DNA from: Gaiellales bacterium
Lineage (GTDB): Bacteria; Actinomycetota; Thermoleophilia; Gaiellales; Gaiellaceae
DNA length: 64,000 nt
Direction of reading: 5' to 3'
Assembly: GCA_038248655.1 (NCBI GenBank)
Contig: JBBRXG010000003.1
Coordinates: forward strand, 14,879 to 78,878
Part shown: positions 47,277 through 56,394 of the stretch, piece by piece
Layout: each line of letters begins with the position of its first letter
Numbering within the stretch: position 1 is the first letter of the stretch
Translations under genes and position numbers: made by a program
The notes under the pieces: model-generated
Database searches by the model: none
Seen by the model: only the letters and a program-made list of their open reading frames with translations
What the model was told of the DNA's origin: nothing

Positions 47277-49715
47277 CTGAGACGGCTTGTTTTCCTGCTC
47301 GCGGCGGCGGTGGCCGCCGTCTTCGTCCCCGGGGTCGCCCACGCCGGCTCCGGTCCGGATCCGCTCGTGGAGGCCGTGGTGACGCTGGACGCGCCGCCGC
47401 TCGCCCGCGCGGTCCAGGAGAGCCGTGTTCTCACCGCCCGCGCCAGGGCGAGCCGCCTCGATCTCCGCTCCACCCCGAGCATCGATTACCTCCGCCTGCT
47501 CGCCGCTTCGCAGACGACGCTCGCCGCCCGGATCGCGAAAACCCTGCCGGCGGCGCGGGTGACCTGGCGCTACGAGGTCGTCCTGAACGGGATGGCGGTC
47601 ATGCTCCCCCGCTCCGCGCTCCGCCGTCTCGCCGGGGTCCCGGGGGTCGCCCGGGTCTGGCCGAGCGTCTCGTACCGGCCGCTGCTCGACCGCAGCCCCC
47701 ACCTGATCGGCGCCGACCTGCTGTGGGGCGCACCCTCGTTCACGACCGCCGGGAACGGGATCAAGATCGGAATCATCGACGACGGCGTCGACCAGGCTCA
47801 TCCCTTCTTCAACCCGGCCGGCTACACGATGCCCCCCGGATATCCGAAGGGCGACGCCCGCTTCACGACCGCGAAGGTGATCGTCGCCCGAGCGTTCTCC
47901 CCGCCCACGAACACGTGGAAGTACGCCAAGCTGCCGTTCGACCCCGAGCAGTCCGAGCACGCGACGCACGTCGCCGGGATCGCCGCCGGCAACTACTCGC
48001 CCGGCGCGATCGCCGGCCGCGGACCGCTCTCCGGCGTCGCCCCGAAGGCGTACCTGGGCAACTACAAGGTGCTGACCGTTCCGACCGCGAACTTCGGCCT
48101 GAACGGGAACGCACCGGAGATCGCGGCGGGCATCGAGGCAGCGGTTCGCGACGGCATGGACGTGATCAACCTCTCGCTCGGCGAGTCGGAGATCGAGCCG
48201 TCGCGGGACCTCGTCGTCGCCGCGGTCAACGCCGCCGCCGACGCGGGCGTCGTCCCGACGATCGCGGCCGGGAACGGCTTCGTCGACTTCGGGCGCGGCA
48301 GCGTGTCGTCGCCGGGCAGCGCGGTCAAGGCGATCACGGTGGCCGCGGTCAGCAAGCAGTTGGTCGTCGCGTCCTTCTCGAGCGCTGGGCCGACCCCGAT
48401 CTCGCTCGAGATGAAGCCGGACGTCGCCGCACCGGGAGTGGACATCACGTCGTCCGTCCCGCCACGCGAGGGTACATGGGCGTCGTACAGCGGCACGAGC
48501 ATGGCCGCCCCCCATGTCGCCGGCGCCGCGGCGCTCCTCCGCCAGCGTCATCCCGGCTGGACCGTCGCGCAGCTCAAGTCTGCTCTCGTGCTCACCGGCC
48601 GGCCGACGACCACCGGCGCCGGTGAGCCGCCGACGACACGCGAAGGGGGCGGGCTGATCGACATCCCCACCGCAAACGACCCGAAGCTGTTCGCCGCGCC
48701 GACCGACCTCTCCTTCGGCCTCCTCCCGACGGGGACGAGCGCCGTCCGGTCGATGGACCTCACCGATGCCGCCGGCGGCGCGGGCGTCTGGACAGTGAGC
48801 ATCGCCGCCCAGACGAGCGCGGTCGGGGTCAGCGTCACCGCACCCGCGACCGTGGCCGTCCCCGGCCGGCTCGACGTCACCGGATCCGCCGCGAGCGGAG
48901 CCGCCGAGGCCGACGTCACCGGGTTCGTGACGCTCACGCTGGGCCCGGTCGCGCGCCGGATCCCGTACTGGTTTCGCGTCACCCATCCCGTGCTTGCGAC
49001 CGAGCCGCACCGAACGCTGTCGGCGCCGGGCGTCTATCACGGCCAGACCAGGGGCAAGCCGTCGCGAGTGTCGACGTACCGCTACCCGGACGCTCCGCGG
49101 GGCGCGAACGCCGTGTTCTCGGGACCGGAGCAGGTCTTCCGTGTGACGCTGAGGAGGCCGGTCGCCAACTTCGGCGTCGCGGTCGTCGCGGGCGCACGGA
49201 CCTCTCCGCGTGTCGTCTCCTCAGGCAACGAGAACCGGCTCACGGGAGATGCGGGACTCCCGGTCGTGATCAACCCGTACCTGGATCGCTTCGGCGCCTC
49301 CCGGCCGGTTGCCGGAGCGGTCCGCCCCGGCCCCGGCTCGTACGACGTCGTCTTCGAGACGCGCGCAGGGACGGTTCCCGGACAGTTCACGTTCCGGTTC
49401 TGGGTCGACGACGTTACGCCGCCCGCAGTCCGGCTACTGCGCACCTCGGCCCGCGCGGGCTCGAGCCTCGAGCTCGCGGTCACCGACGCCGGCGCGGGCG
49501 TCGATCCTGCCTCGCTGCAGGCGTCGATCGACGGCCGACCGGCGCAGGTCAGGTTCGCACGCGGCCGCGCACGAGTGTCGATCGCGACGACCACTGCGGG
49601 GCTCCACCGGCTGGAGCTCCGCGTCTCCGACTACCAGGAGCTGAAGAACATGGAGAACGTTCTCCGGATCCTGCCGAACACGCGCCTCTACCGCGCCGCG
49701 TTCCGCGTCAGGTAG
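47277..49715 (+). CDS. Secreted S8 (subtilisin-like) serine peptidase; probable non-canonical start
   Basis: Catalytic D/H/S residues: IGIIDDGVD, HATHVAGIAAGN, SGTSMAAPHVAGAAALL. The ORF-track GTG at 47310 removes the signal-peptide n-region. The in-frame CTG at 47277 gives MRRLVFLLAAAVAAVFVPGVAHA. Confidence 0.85.
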   Translation: MRRLVFLLAAAVAAVFVPGVAHAGSGPDPLVEAVVTLDAPPLARAVQESRVLTARARASRLDLRSTPSIDYLRLLAASQTTLAARIAKTLPAARVTWRYEVVLNGMAVMLPRSALRRLAGVPGVARVWPSVSYRPLLDRSPHLIGADLLWGAPSFTTAGNGIKIGIIDDGVDQAHPFFNPAGYTMPPGYPKGDARFTTAKVIVARAFSPPTNTWKYAKLPFDPEQSEHATHVAGIAAGNYSPGAIAGRGPLSGVAPKAYLGNYKVLTVPTANFGLNGNAPEIAAGIEAAVRDGMDVINLSLGESEIEPSRDLVVAAVNAAADAGVVPTIAAGNGFVDFGRGSVSSPGSAVKAITVAAVSKQLVVASFSSAGPTPISLEMKPDVAAPGVDITSSVPPREGTWASYSGTSMAAPHVAGAAALLRQRHPGWTVAQLKSALVLTGRPTTTGAGEPPTTREGGGLIDIPTANDPKLFAAPTDLSFGLLPTGTSAVRSMDLTDAAGGAGVWTVSIAAQTSAVGVSVTAPATVAVPGRLDVTGSAASGAAEADVTGFVTLTLGPVARRIPYWFRVTHPVLATEPHRTLSAPGVYHGQTRGKPSRVSTYRYPDAPRGANAVFSGPEQVFRVTLRRPVANFGVAVVAGARTSPRVVSSGNENRLTGDAGLPVVINPYLDRFGASRPVAGAVRPGPGSYDVVFETRAGTVPGQFTFRFWVDDVTPPAVRLLRTSARAGSSLELAVTDAGAGVDPASLQASIDGRPAQVRFARGRARVSIATTTAGLHRLELRVSDYQELKNMENVLRILPNTRLYRAAFRVR

Positions 49716-49740
49716 ACGAGCGCCTCCGCCGAGCCGACTC

Positions 49741-49980
49741 TCAGCGTCTGGGGTCGTGCTCCTCGATCGTCGGCAGCTTCTCGAGGTCGCGCTGGACGCT
49801 GGCCGCGAACTCGTCGCTCTCGGTCCGGATCAGGCGCAGCTGCTCCTTCCGCTTCGCCCGCGCGCGCCTCTCGCGAGCGCGGCCCCCCACACGATCGGAG
49901 AGGCGCGGCCACTCGGCACCGGCCAGGACGACCACCGCGGCGGCGAGCAAGCCGATGAAGAGCCAGCTCACGTCCCACAT
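49741..49980 (-). CDS. Small single-pass membrane protein
   Basis: The internal ATG gives MWDVSWLFIGLLAAAVVVLAGAEW..., followed by a charged tail. Confidence 0.4.
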   Translation of the reverse strand: MWDVSWLFIGLLAAAVVVLAGAEWPRLSDRVGGRARERRARAKRKEQLRLIRTESDEFAASVQRDLEKLPTIEEHDPRR

Positions 49981-50047
49981 TCTAGACAAGCTCGGCCCCC
50001 CGTCGGCCTCTGCCTGCAACGGCTTGCCTCCACCCTTTCGCTCGCTG

Positions 50048-50257
50048 TCAGGCCGTTCCGCCGACCGCCTCGTCGTCGGGCTCCCGTCCGGCGAGCTTCT
50101 GCTCGAACGAGCGCCGGAGGTCCTCGCCCGAGACGTCGAGCTGGTAGCGGGGCCGGCGCGGCTCCAGCTTGACGATCTTCACCTCGGATTCGCGCATGCC
50201 GTGGCAGCGCGCATAGGCCTCCGCCTCGGTCAACGGCCTGAGGCGCTGCCTGCGCAT
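50048..50257 (-). CDS. Small hypothetical protein
   Basis: 69 aa from the ATG at 50257 (MRRQRLRPLTEAEAYARCHGMRESEVKIVKLE...). GC3 is high. Confidence 0.4.
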   Translation of the reverse strand: MRRQRLRPLTEAEAYARCHGMRESEVKIVKLEPRRPRYQLDVSGEDLRRSFEQKLAGREPDDEAVGGTA

Positions 50258-50267
50258 GCGAGCGATC

Positions 50268-50639
50268 CTAACGGGAGGCCCGGGGGCGGGCGAGGGCGAG
50301 ACAGAACCCTGCGAACGGGAGCTCGGCGACGAGCGCGAGCCCGATCGCGAACCAGCGCTCCCTGCTCGACGACGCGGTGACGATGTCGAACCACGCGTCG
50401 GCCAGCAGGAGCGCGCCGGTCGCGGCGGCCGTCGCGGGCACGAACGGAGAGCGACGCAGGATTGCCGCCGCGGTCGCGAGCAGTGCGGCGGCCAGCACGA
50501 GGTCGAACCCGACCCAGGCGAGATCCCAGTGCTCCGCAACCTTCCGCGACGGCAGCGTGAGCGCGAGCCACAGCGTCCACGGCAGGAGACCGACGCCGAG
50601 AACGGCGAGCATGCCCGCCGCGCCGTGGCTCCGGTTCAC
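50268..50639 (-). CDS. Integral membrane protein, unknown function
   Basis: 123 aa with four TM helices and a 4-nt overlap with the MprF-like gene. Confidence 0.5.
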   Translation of the reverse strand: MNRSHGAAGMLAVLGVGLLPWTLWLALTLPSRKVAEHWDLAWVGFDLVLAAALLATAAAILRRSPFVPATAAATGALLLADAWFDIVTASSSRERWFAIGLALVAELPFAGFCLALARPRASR

Positions 50640-52540
50640 CGCCGCAGCTTGGGCAACTGGCCCTCGAGCCGGAGCGCGGCGAGCCCGACCCGCAGGGGCG
50701 AGCCCTCGAAGACGAGATAGCGGGGCTCCCAGCGTGGCTCGAACTTCGCGTTGAAGCGGTACAGGCTCTCGATCTGGAAGAAGCGGTTACCGAGGCTGAC
50801 GATCCGCCCGAGCGCTCGCTCTGCCCGTCCTTCCGGCCGCCCGAGCCAACGGCCGAACGCCGCGAAGTTCAAGGAGAGCTCCTCGACGCCGCGCTCGCGC
50901 AGCGCCTCGATCGCGCGGACGACGAGAAACTCCATCAGCCCGTTCGGCGTCGAGCGGTCGCGGCGCATGAACGAGAGCGACATCGCCGGACGCCCGTAGG
51001 ACGGGACGACGTGGATGAAGCCGCGGATCGCGCCCTGCCAGTCCCGCGCGGCGAAGACGAGGCTGCCCGCCCCGTGCTCGCCGTCGAGCCGGTCCATCGC
51101 CATCGTGAACCCGCGCTCGGGCTCACCGTCCCGCCAGAGGGACGAAACACGCTCGAGTGCAGCCAGGGTCGGTGCATCGAGCTGCTCGAAGCCGAGCGTC
51201 TCGACCGAGTACCCGGCCGTCTCCAGCCGGCTGACCGACTGCCGTACCTTCCGGATCGCCCGGCCCTCGAGCGAGAAACGGCCGGTGCGCACGATCGCCT
51301 CGTCGCCGATGTAGATCCCGCGAAGCCCGGCATCGCGGTAGATGGGCAGGAGTGCGCTCCCCGCCCCGAGAGCGCCGACTCGCAATCCCCGCGCCTCCGC
51401 GAATGCGCACAGGTCGGCAATCAGCCCGGGGACGGCGGCCGGGTCTCCGACCGGATCGCCGGCGATCAGCAGGACGCCGTTCGCGACGCGGTAGCCCGCA
51501 AACGCCCTCCGGTCGGCCGTGAACCGGTAGTGAACGTCGCCGCGGAGCTTGAAGAAGGCGAGCGTGTCGCGGCCGTGCTCGCGGACGAGCCGGGCCGCAT
51601 GCGTGCGCTCGACCGTGTCGGGCAGCGACCGGGGCGCGGTGAGCGGCCGGAAGAGTACGTACGCCAGCGTCACGATGACGGCGAGGCCGAGGCATCCGAC
51701 GGCGAGCGGCAGCCAGGCGAGCTCGTCGCCGAACGACATCGGCCCTCTGGTCCACGCGAGCAGATCGCCCACCTCGCGGACGACGTCACCGGGCCTCGCC
51801 CGCGTGGCGACCCAGATTCCGATCCCGGCCAGCGAGCAGCCGGCCGCGGTCACGCCGAGCGCGAGCAGCGCCGGCGAGCGCGCGCGGAGGCGCTCGTGCC
51901 GGACGTAGAAGGAGTCACGACCCCACCACAGGAGCGAAGCAGCGGCCCAGCTCAGCACCGCTTCCTCGAAGTCGAGCCCCTTGAGGAGCTCGAGCCCGCC
52001 GAGCAGCACCATCAGGACGAGAGCCGCCTGCCACGCTCGGCGGCGACGCGCGCGCAGGTAGAAGGCGCAGACGACGAGGGTCGCGCTGGCCGGGACGGTC
52101 AGGGTGTGCAGGAGCGGAACGGCCTCGACAGGCTCGACCTGAAGCAGGAGGTGATGTCGCCACGCGACGTTCGGAGTGAGCGCCGAGAGGAGGTTGACGA
52201 GCCCGACGGCGAAGGCGACCGCCCCGGCGAGGGCCGGCAAACCCTCCCCGTGCCGGATCGCGCGCAGCGGGGCGGCACGCCGATGCAGTCCGAGCCGCCA
52301 CGCCGACGTGTCGCGCGTCGAGGGGACGAGATCGCGCCAGTCCTTGCAGACGAGCCAGACGCCGCCGGCGACGACGATTCCCGACAGGGGCGTGAGGTGC
52401 CACGCACCGACCGCCCGGCCGGTCGCGTCGGCCGCGATCGCGGCGAGCCCGAGGTGCCATTCGTGGACGCGCCGACCGAGCGCGTAGATGCGCGGCCCGT
52501 GCGGATGCCGGTCGAGTCGGATCATCGGCGAAGCGGCCAC
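50636..52540 (-). CDS. MprF-like aminoacyl-phosphatidylglycerol synthase (TM domain + DUF2156/LPG_synthase_C)
   Basis: 634 aa with a multi-TM N-terminal half. The C-terminal half reads DTLAFFKLRGDVHYRFTADRRAFAGYRVANGVLLIAGDPVGDP...FNAKFEPRW. Confidence 0.7.
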   Translation of the reverse strand: MAASPMIRLDRHPHGPRIYALGRRVHEWHLGLAAIAADATGRAVGAWHLTPLSGIVVAGGVWLVCKDWRDLVPSTRDTSAWRLGLHRRAAPLRAIRHGEGLPALAGAVAFAVGLVNLLSALTPNVAWRHHLLLQVEPVEAVPLLHTLTVPASATLVVCAFYLRARRRRAWQAALVLMVLLGGLELLKGLDFEEAVLSWAAASLLWWGRDSFYVRHERLRARSPALLALGVTAAGCSLAGIGIWVATRARPGDVVREVGDLLAWTRGPMSFGDELAWLPLAVGCLGLAVIVTLAYVLFRPLTAPRSLPDTVERTHAARLVREHGRDTLAFFKLRGDVHYRFTADRRAFAGYRVANGVLLIAGDPVGDPAAVPGLIADLCAFAEARGLRVGALGAGSALLPIYRDAGLRGIYIGDEAIVRTGRFSLEGRAIRKVRQSVSRLETAGYSVETLGFEQLDAPTLAALERVSSLWRDGEPERGFTMAMDRLDGEHGAGSLVFAARDWQGAIRGFIHVVPSYGRPAMSLSFMRRDRSTPNGLMEFLVVRAIEALRERGVEELSLNFAAFGRWLGRPEGRAERALGRIVSLGNRFFQIESLYRFNAKFEPRWEPRYLVFEGSPLRVGLAALRLEGQLPKLRR

Positions 52541-52654
52541 CTGGACCGCCGCTCAGCGTAGCCGAGCATCCACACGGATCAGGGCGGCGACCGCCCGCTG
52601 GTGGATCGGGCCGCCGATCCGGGCCATGGCGACGGCGGTGGCGGAGGTGAGGAT

Positions 52655-54748
52655 TCAGCCGCAGGGGATCACGGCGGTGAGGCGGGTACCCCGGCCGCGT
52701 GGACTTTCGACGTGCAGCCGGCCCCCGAGCGCTTCCACGCGATCGGTGAGGCCGATCAGACCGGAGCCGCGGCCGGGCTCAGCACCTCCGATACCGTCGT
52801 CGCTGACGACGGCGGTAGCCATGCCGTTCGATCGTTCGACGGCGACACGTGCGCGGGTTGCTTGCGCGTATTTCGCGACGTTCGTTATCGCTTCGGCGAC
52901 GAGATAGTAGATCGCGGCCTCGATCGAGGCGGGTAGCCGATCGTCCGGCATGCGCTCGAGCGCGACGGTGACCGGCGCGCGTTGGGTGAGCGCCTCCAGA
53001 GCGGCCGTCAGGCCCCGTTCCGTGAGGATGGTCGGGTGGATGCCGCGCGCCAGCTCGCGCAGCTCCTCGAGCGCGGATCCGAGCTCGCTGTCCGCGGCGG
53101 CCAGGAGCGCCTCGGTCGATTCGGGGTCGTTCCGCTCCGCACGCTCGCCTTCACGATGCGCAGCTGGAGCACGAGCGAGACGAGCCGTTGCTGGGCGCCG
53201 TCGTGCAGGTTTCGCTCCAACCGTCGCCGCTCGCTGTCGGCTGCCTCGACGATCCGGGCTCGCGAAGCCGCGAGCTTCGCGTAGGCGTCGGCGTTCGCCA
53301 GCGCTTGTGCGAGGAGCTCGGTGAAATCTGTCATCCGGCGCTCGGCTCCGTCCGGAAACGGGGCATCGCGACCCCCGGCTGCAACGAGCGCGCCCCATAC
53401 TCGCCCGCCGAGCTTCACCGGCGCGGCGATCGCGCGGCCGTAGCCGAAGCTTGCAAAGCGCTCGAGGAGCGGGCCGGCGCCGGTTTCGTAGCGCTCGATC
53501 CGTTGCGGCTGGCCGCTGTCGCGCACGGCGGCGAGGATCTTCGTATCGGTCAGGGTCAGACGGGAGCCGACCGGGAACGCAAGTTTGCCGTGTTCACTCC
53601 AGCCGCCCACGAAGGCGACCGTGCCGCCCTCGTCGAAGTGCGCGAGACTGGCCGCGCGCGCCCCCACCGTCTGTGCGGCCTCGGCCGCGACCTGCTCGAA
53701 GACGTGCTCGGAAACGGCCTCGCCGGCCACCAGAGTCGCGATCCGCCGCAACGCGGCTTGCTCCGCGGTCAGCGCGCGCTGTGCAGTCTCGCTCGCCGAT
53801 CGCTCGGCGGTCACCGCCGCGAGCACGAGCGAGGTCAGAGCGGCGACGGCGACGAACAATTGACTCGCCAGCAGGCTGTGAGTGATCGATGCTCGCACAA
53901 ACGGCCCGGAGCCGTGCGCTGTATTCCAGACGGCCAAGAAGGACACGGTCGCGACCGCGGTCGCGGCGCCCGCCGCGCCGAGGCGGAGGGCCGCCCAGAT
54001 CAGGACGGGAAACACGATGTACGGGACGTCTTGTTGTGACGGCACCTCGGCCAGAACGACCAGGGCCGTGAGCAGTAGCACGCCCTCTGCGAATCGGGCG
54101 CGCGCCATTCGCCACGAGGCGTGCCTCGCCCAGACGAGGAAGAGCGGAGCGACGACCAGGGCACCCGAGAAGTCTGAGAGCCACCACGTCCGAAAGACGT
54201 TCACGAACTGCGAGGCCTTGATCACATGGCCGAGCCTGAGCGAGGCTACCCCGAACGCTGCACTGATCAGCGTCCCGAGCGCCGCGCACACGACGAGACT
54301 GAGCACATCCCGGACCCGCTCGAGTCCGATCCGGCGTCTGGCGAGGCGACGGAAGAGCAGCGCCGCGACAACCACCTCCAGCGTGTTCCCGAGCGCCTGC
54401 CCGAGCACGGTTCCGAGGCGTGGAGAAGTCGCCGACCAGCAGATCCCCGATCACGATCGCGGGCCAGAGGCGAGGGCCCCGGATCGCGAGGAGGGCGATC
54501 CCGACTCCGACCGGTGGCCACAGCGCGGTGACGCTGCCGTGGAGGTAGGCGAGGTGAAGCCCTGTGCGTGCCGCTCCGTAGTAGAGCGCGGCGACCTTGC
54601 CGGCCTCGAGCCCGTACGAGACGAATCGACCCGCCTCCGTCTCCCGTTGCGCCCGTAGACGCCCGAACAGCGACCGACCCTGCAGAAGAGGAGCAGTTAT
54701 CGTCGGACGTAGCTTACTACAGGTACGGCCGCTCGTCGCGCCCGCCAA
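52655..54748 (-). pseudogene. MASE1-GAF-HisKA_3-HATPase sensor histidine kinase interrupted by two frameshifts
   Basis: Three overlapping ORFs in different frames together make one kinase. ORF 53594..54748 carries the MASE1 N-terminus (WPPVGVGIALLAIRG). ORF 53008..54408 carries the rest of MASE1, the GAF domain and LHDGAQQRLVSL. ORF 52655..53398 carries LRELARGIHPTILTERGL and AEAITNVAKYA...DDGIGG...GSGLIGLTDRV. The shifts lie near 54415 and 53150. Confidence 0.75.
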
Positions 54749-54773
54749 CGTCGCTCAGGACGCCGCGGCGATG

Positions 54774-54850
<77 letters not shown>

Positions 54851-54890
54851 ACGGCTGCCAGAACGGCTTCGGCATGGTATCGGAGGCGCT

Positions 54891-55472
54891 TCAGGGCAGC
54901 GCCCGACGAAGCTCGGCGGATGCGCGCTCGGGGTCGGGCGCGTCGCCGATCGCGCGCACGACGGCGACCCTCGTTGCGCCTGCGGCGACCACGTCGGCGA
55001 CGTTCGAGGCGTCGATGCCGCCGATCGCGAACCACGGCACGCGAGCGTTCGCAGCGGCGTGGCGGACGAAGTCGAGGCCGACGGCGGGCCTTCCTTCCTT
55101 CGTCGGCGTCTCGTGCACCGGGCCGACGCCCGCGTAGTCGGCCTCGGTTCGCTCGAGCGCGGCGGGTGCGTGCGTCGACTGGCCGACGCGGAGACCGAGA
55201 CGGCGCCCGGCGGCCACCGGCAGGTCGTCCTGGCCGAGGTGGACGAAGTCGGCCTCGGAGAGGAGGGCGAGATCGGGACGATCGTTGACGACGAGCGGGA
55301 CGCCGAGCGCCCGCGTCACCTCTCTCGCCGCCAGCAGCACGGCGAGGAGCTCGGCATCGGAGAGGGACTTCTCCCGGATCTGGACGAGGTCGACCCCGCC
55401 GGCGACCGCCGCCGCGAGAAATGCGGGCAGATCGGGCCGTGCGGCGGTGATCAGGTAGAGGCGGCTATCCAC
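54891..55472 (-). CDS. thiE: Thiamine-phosphate synthase
   Basis: 193 aa: [43 protein letters not shown]. Confidence 0.85.
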   Translation of the reverse strand: MDSRLYLITAARPDLPAFLAAAVAGGVDLVQIREKSLSDAELLAVLLAAREVTRALGVPLVVNDRPDLALLSEADFVHLGQDDLPVAAGRRLGLRVGQSTHAPAALERTEADYAGVGPVHETPTKEGRPAVGLDFVRHAAANARVPWFAIGGIDASNVADVVAAGATRVAVVRAIGDAPDPERASAELRRALP

Positions 55473-55611
55473 CGGCGACCGGCCTGGCGACGACCAGAGC
55501 GTCGCCGTCCTCGAGCGCGTACTGCGCGGTCAGGCCGAGACCTTCGAGCAGCGTCTGCACCGTCTCGTCTGCCGCCGCCTCGCGGGTGCGGCCGTTGACG
55601 GTCACGTTCAC
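55465..55611 (-). CDS. thiS: Sulfur-carrier protein ThiS, unusually short (48 aa)
   Basis: The GTG at 55611 overlaps the thiG stop (GTGA). Sequence: [48 protein letters not shown], ending in Gly-Gly. Confidence 0.6.
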   Translation of the reverse strand: MNVTVNGRTREAAADETVQTLLEGLGLTAQYALEDGDALVVARPVAGG

Positions 55612-56381
55612 GCCCGCGCGGCGAGACCGCCGAGCGGGCTGGACGGCTCGGCCGTCTCGTGTTCCTCGATCAGGCCGGCCAGCCGCGCTGTGCGCCCTGC
55701 TTCGACGCCGAGCCGGAACGCCTGCGCCATCGCGGCGGGATCCTCGGCCCGCGCGATCGCCGTGTTGACGAGGACCGCGTCGGCGCCGAGCTCCATCGAC
55801 TCGGCCGCGTGCGAGGGCGCGCCGAGGCCGGCGTCGACGACCACGGGAACCTCGGCCTGCTCGACCATGATCTCGATCGTGTGGCGGAGCTTCAGCCCGC
55901 GACCGCTTCCGATCGGGGAGGCAAGGGGCATGACCGCGGCGCAGCCGACCGCCTCGAGCCTGCGTTGCAGGACCGGATCGGGCAGGACGTACGGAAGAAC
56001 GGTGAAGCCCTCCGAGACGAGCTGCTCCGCGGCGGCGAGCGTCGCCACGGGGTCGGGCAGAAGCCAGCGCGGGTCGGGAATCACCTCGAGCTTGATCCAG
56101 TCGGGCAGCCCGCCCGCCCGGGCGAGGCGGGCGATCCGCACGGCCTCGCCGGCCGTGGCCGAGCCCGCCGTGTTCGGAAGAAGCGTGATGCCTGCCGGCA
56201 GGTGGTCGGTGATCGACTCCTCGACGGTGTCGAGGTCGATCCGGCCGACGGCGACGGTGACGAGCTCGCATCCGGAAGCGACGACCGCAGCGCGCATCGC
56301 CTCGGACGAGGCGTACTTCCCCGTTCCGGTGATCAGCCGCGAACGGAACTCGCGCCCGGCGATGACGAGCGGATCGTGCAC
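55608..56381 (-). CDS. thiG: Thiazole synthase
   Basis: [41 protein letters not shown] prefer the GTG at 56381, 13 nt after the dnaG stop. Confidence 0.85.
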   Translation of the reverse strand: MHDPLVIAGREFRSRLITGTGKYASSEAMRAAVVASGCELVTVAVGRIDLDTVEESITDHLPAGITLLPNTAGSATAGEAVRIARLARAGGLPDWIKLEVIPDPRWLLPDPVATLAAAEQLVSEGFTVLPYVLPDPVLQRRLEAVGCAAVMPLASPIGSGRGLKLRHTIEIMVEQAEVPVVVDAGLGAPSHAAESMELGADAVLVNTAIARAEDPAAMAQAFRLGVEAGRTARLAGLIEEHETAEPSSPLGGLAARA

Positions 56382-56394
56382 GATGTCAGGGTAG

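Noticed and set aside
47149-47280. The 43-codon ORF (VVEEGQPASDFALS...) as a remnant of a Bcp/peroxiredoxin gene.
   Set aside because: Only the first ~12 residues resemble the Bcp N-terminus (GQPAPDF.L). The rest does not, and no Cys motif follows. It is kept only as a possible coupling uORF in the S8 protease finding.
52541-52654. Remnant of a LuxR-type response regulator downstream of the histidine kinase (short ORF MARIGGPIHQRAVAALIRVDARLR).
   Set aside because: It is too short, and neither a receiver domain nor a recognisable HTH_LuxR motif is present. It is indistinguishable from noise.
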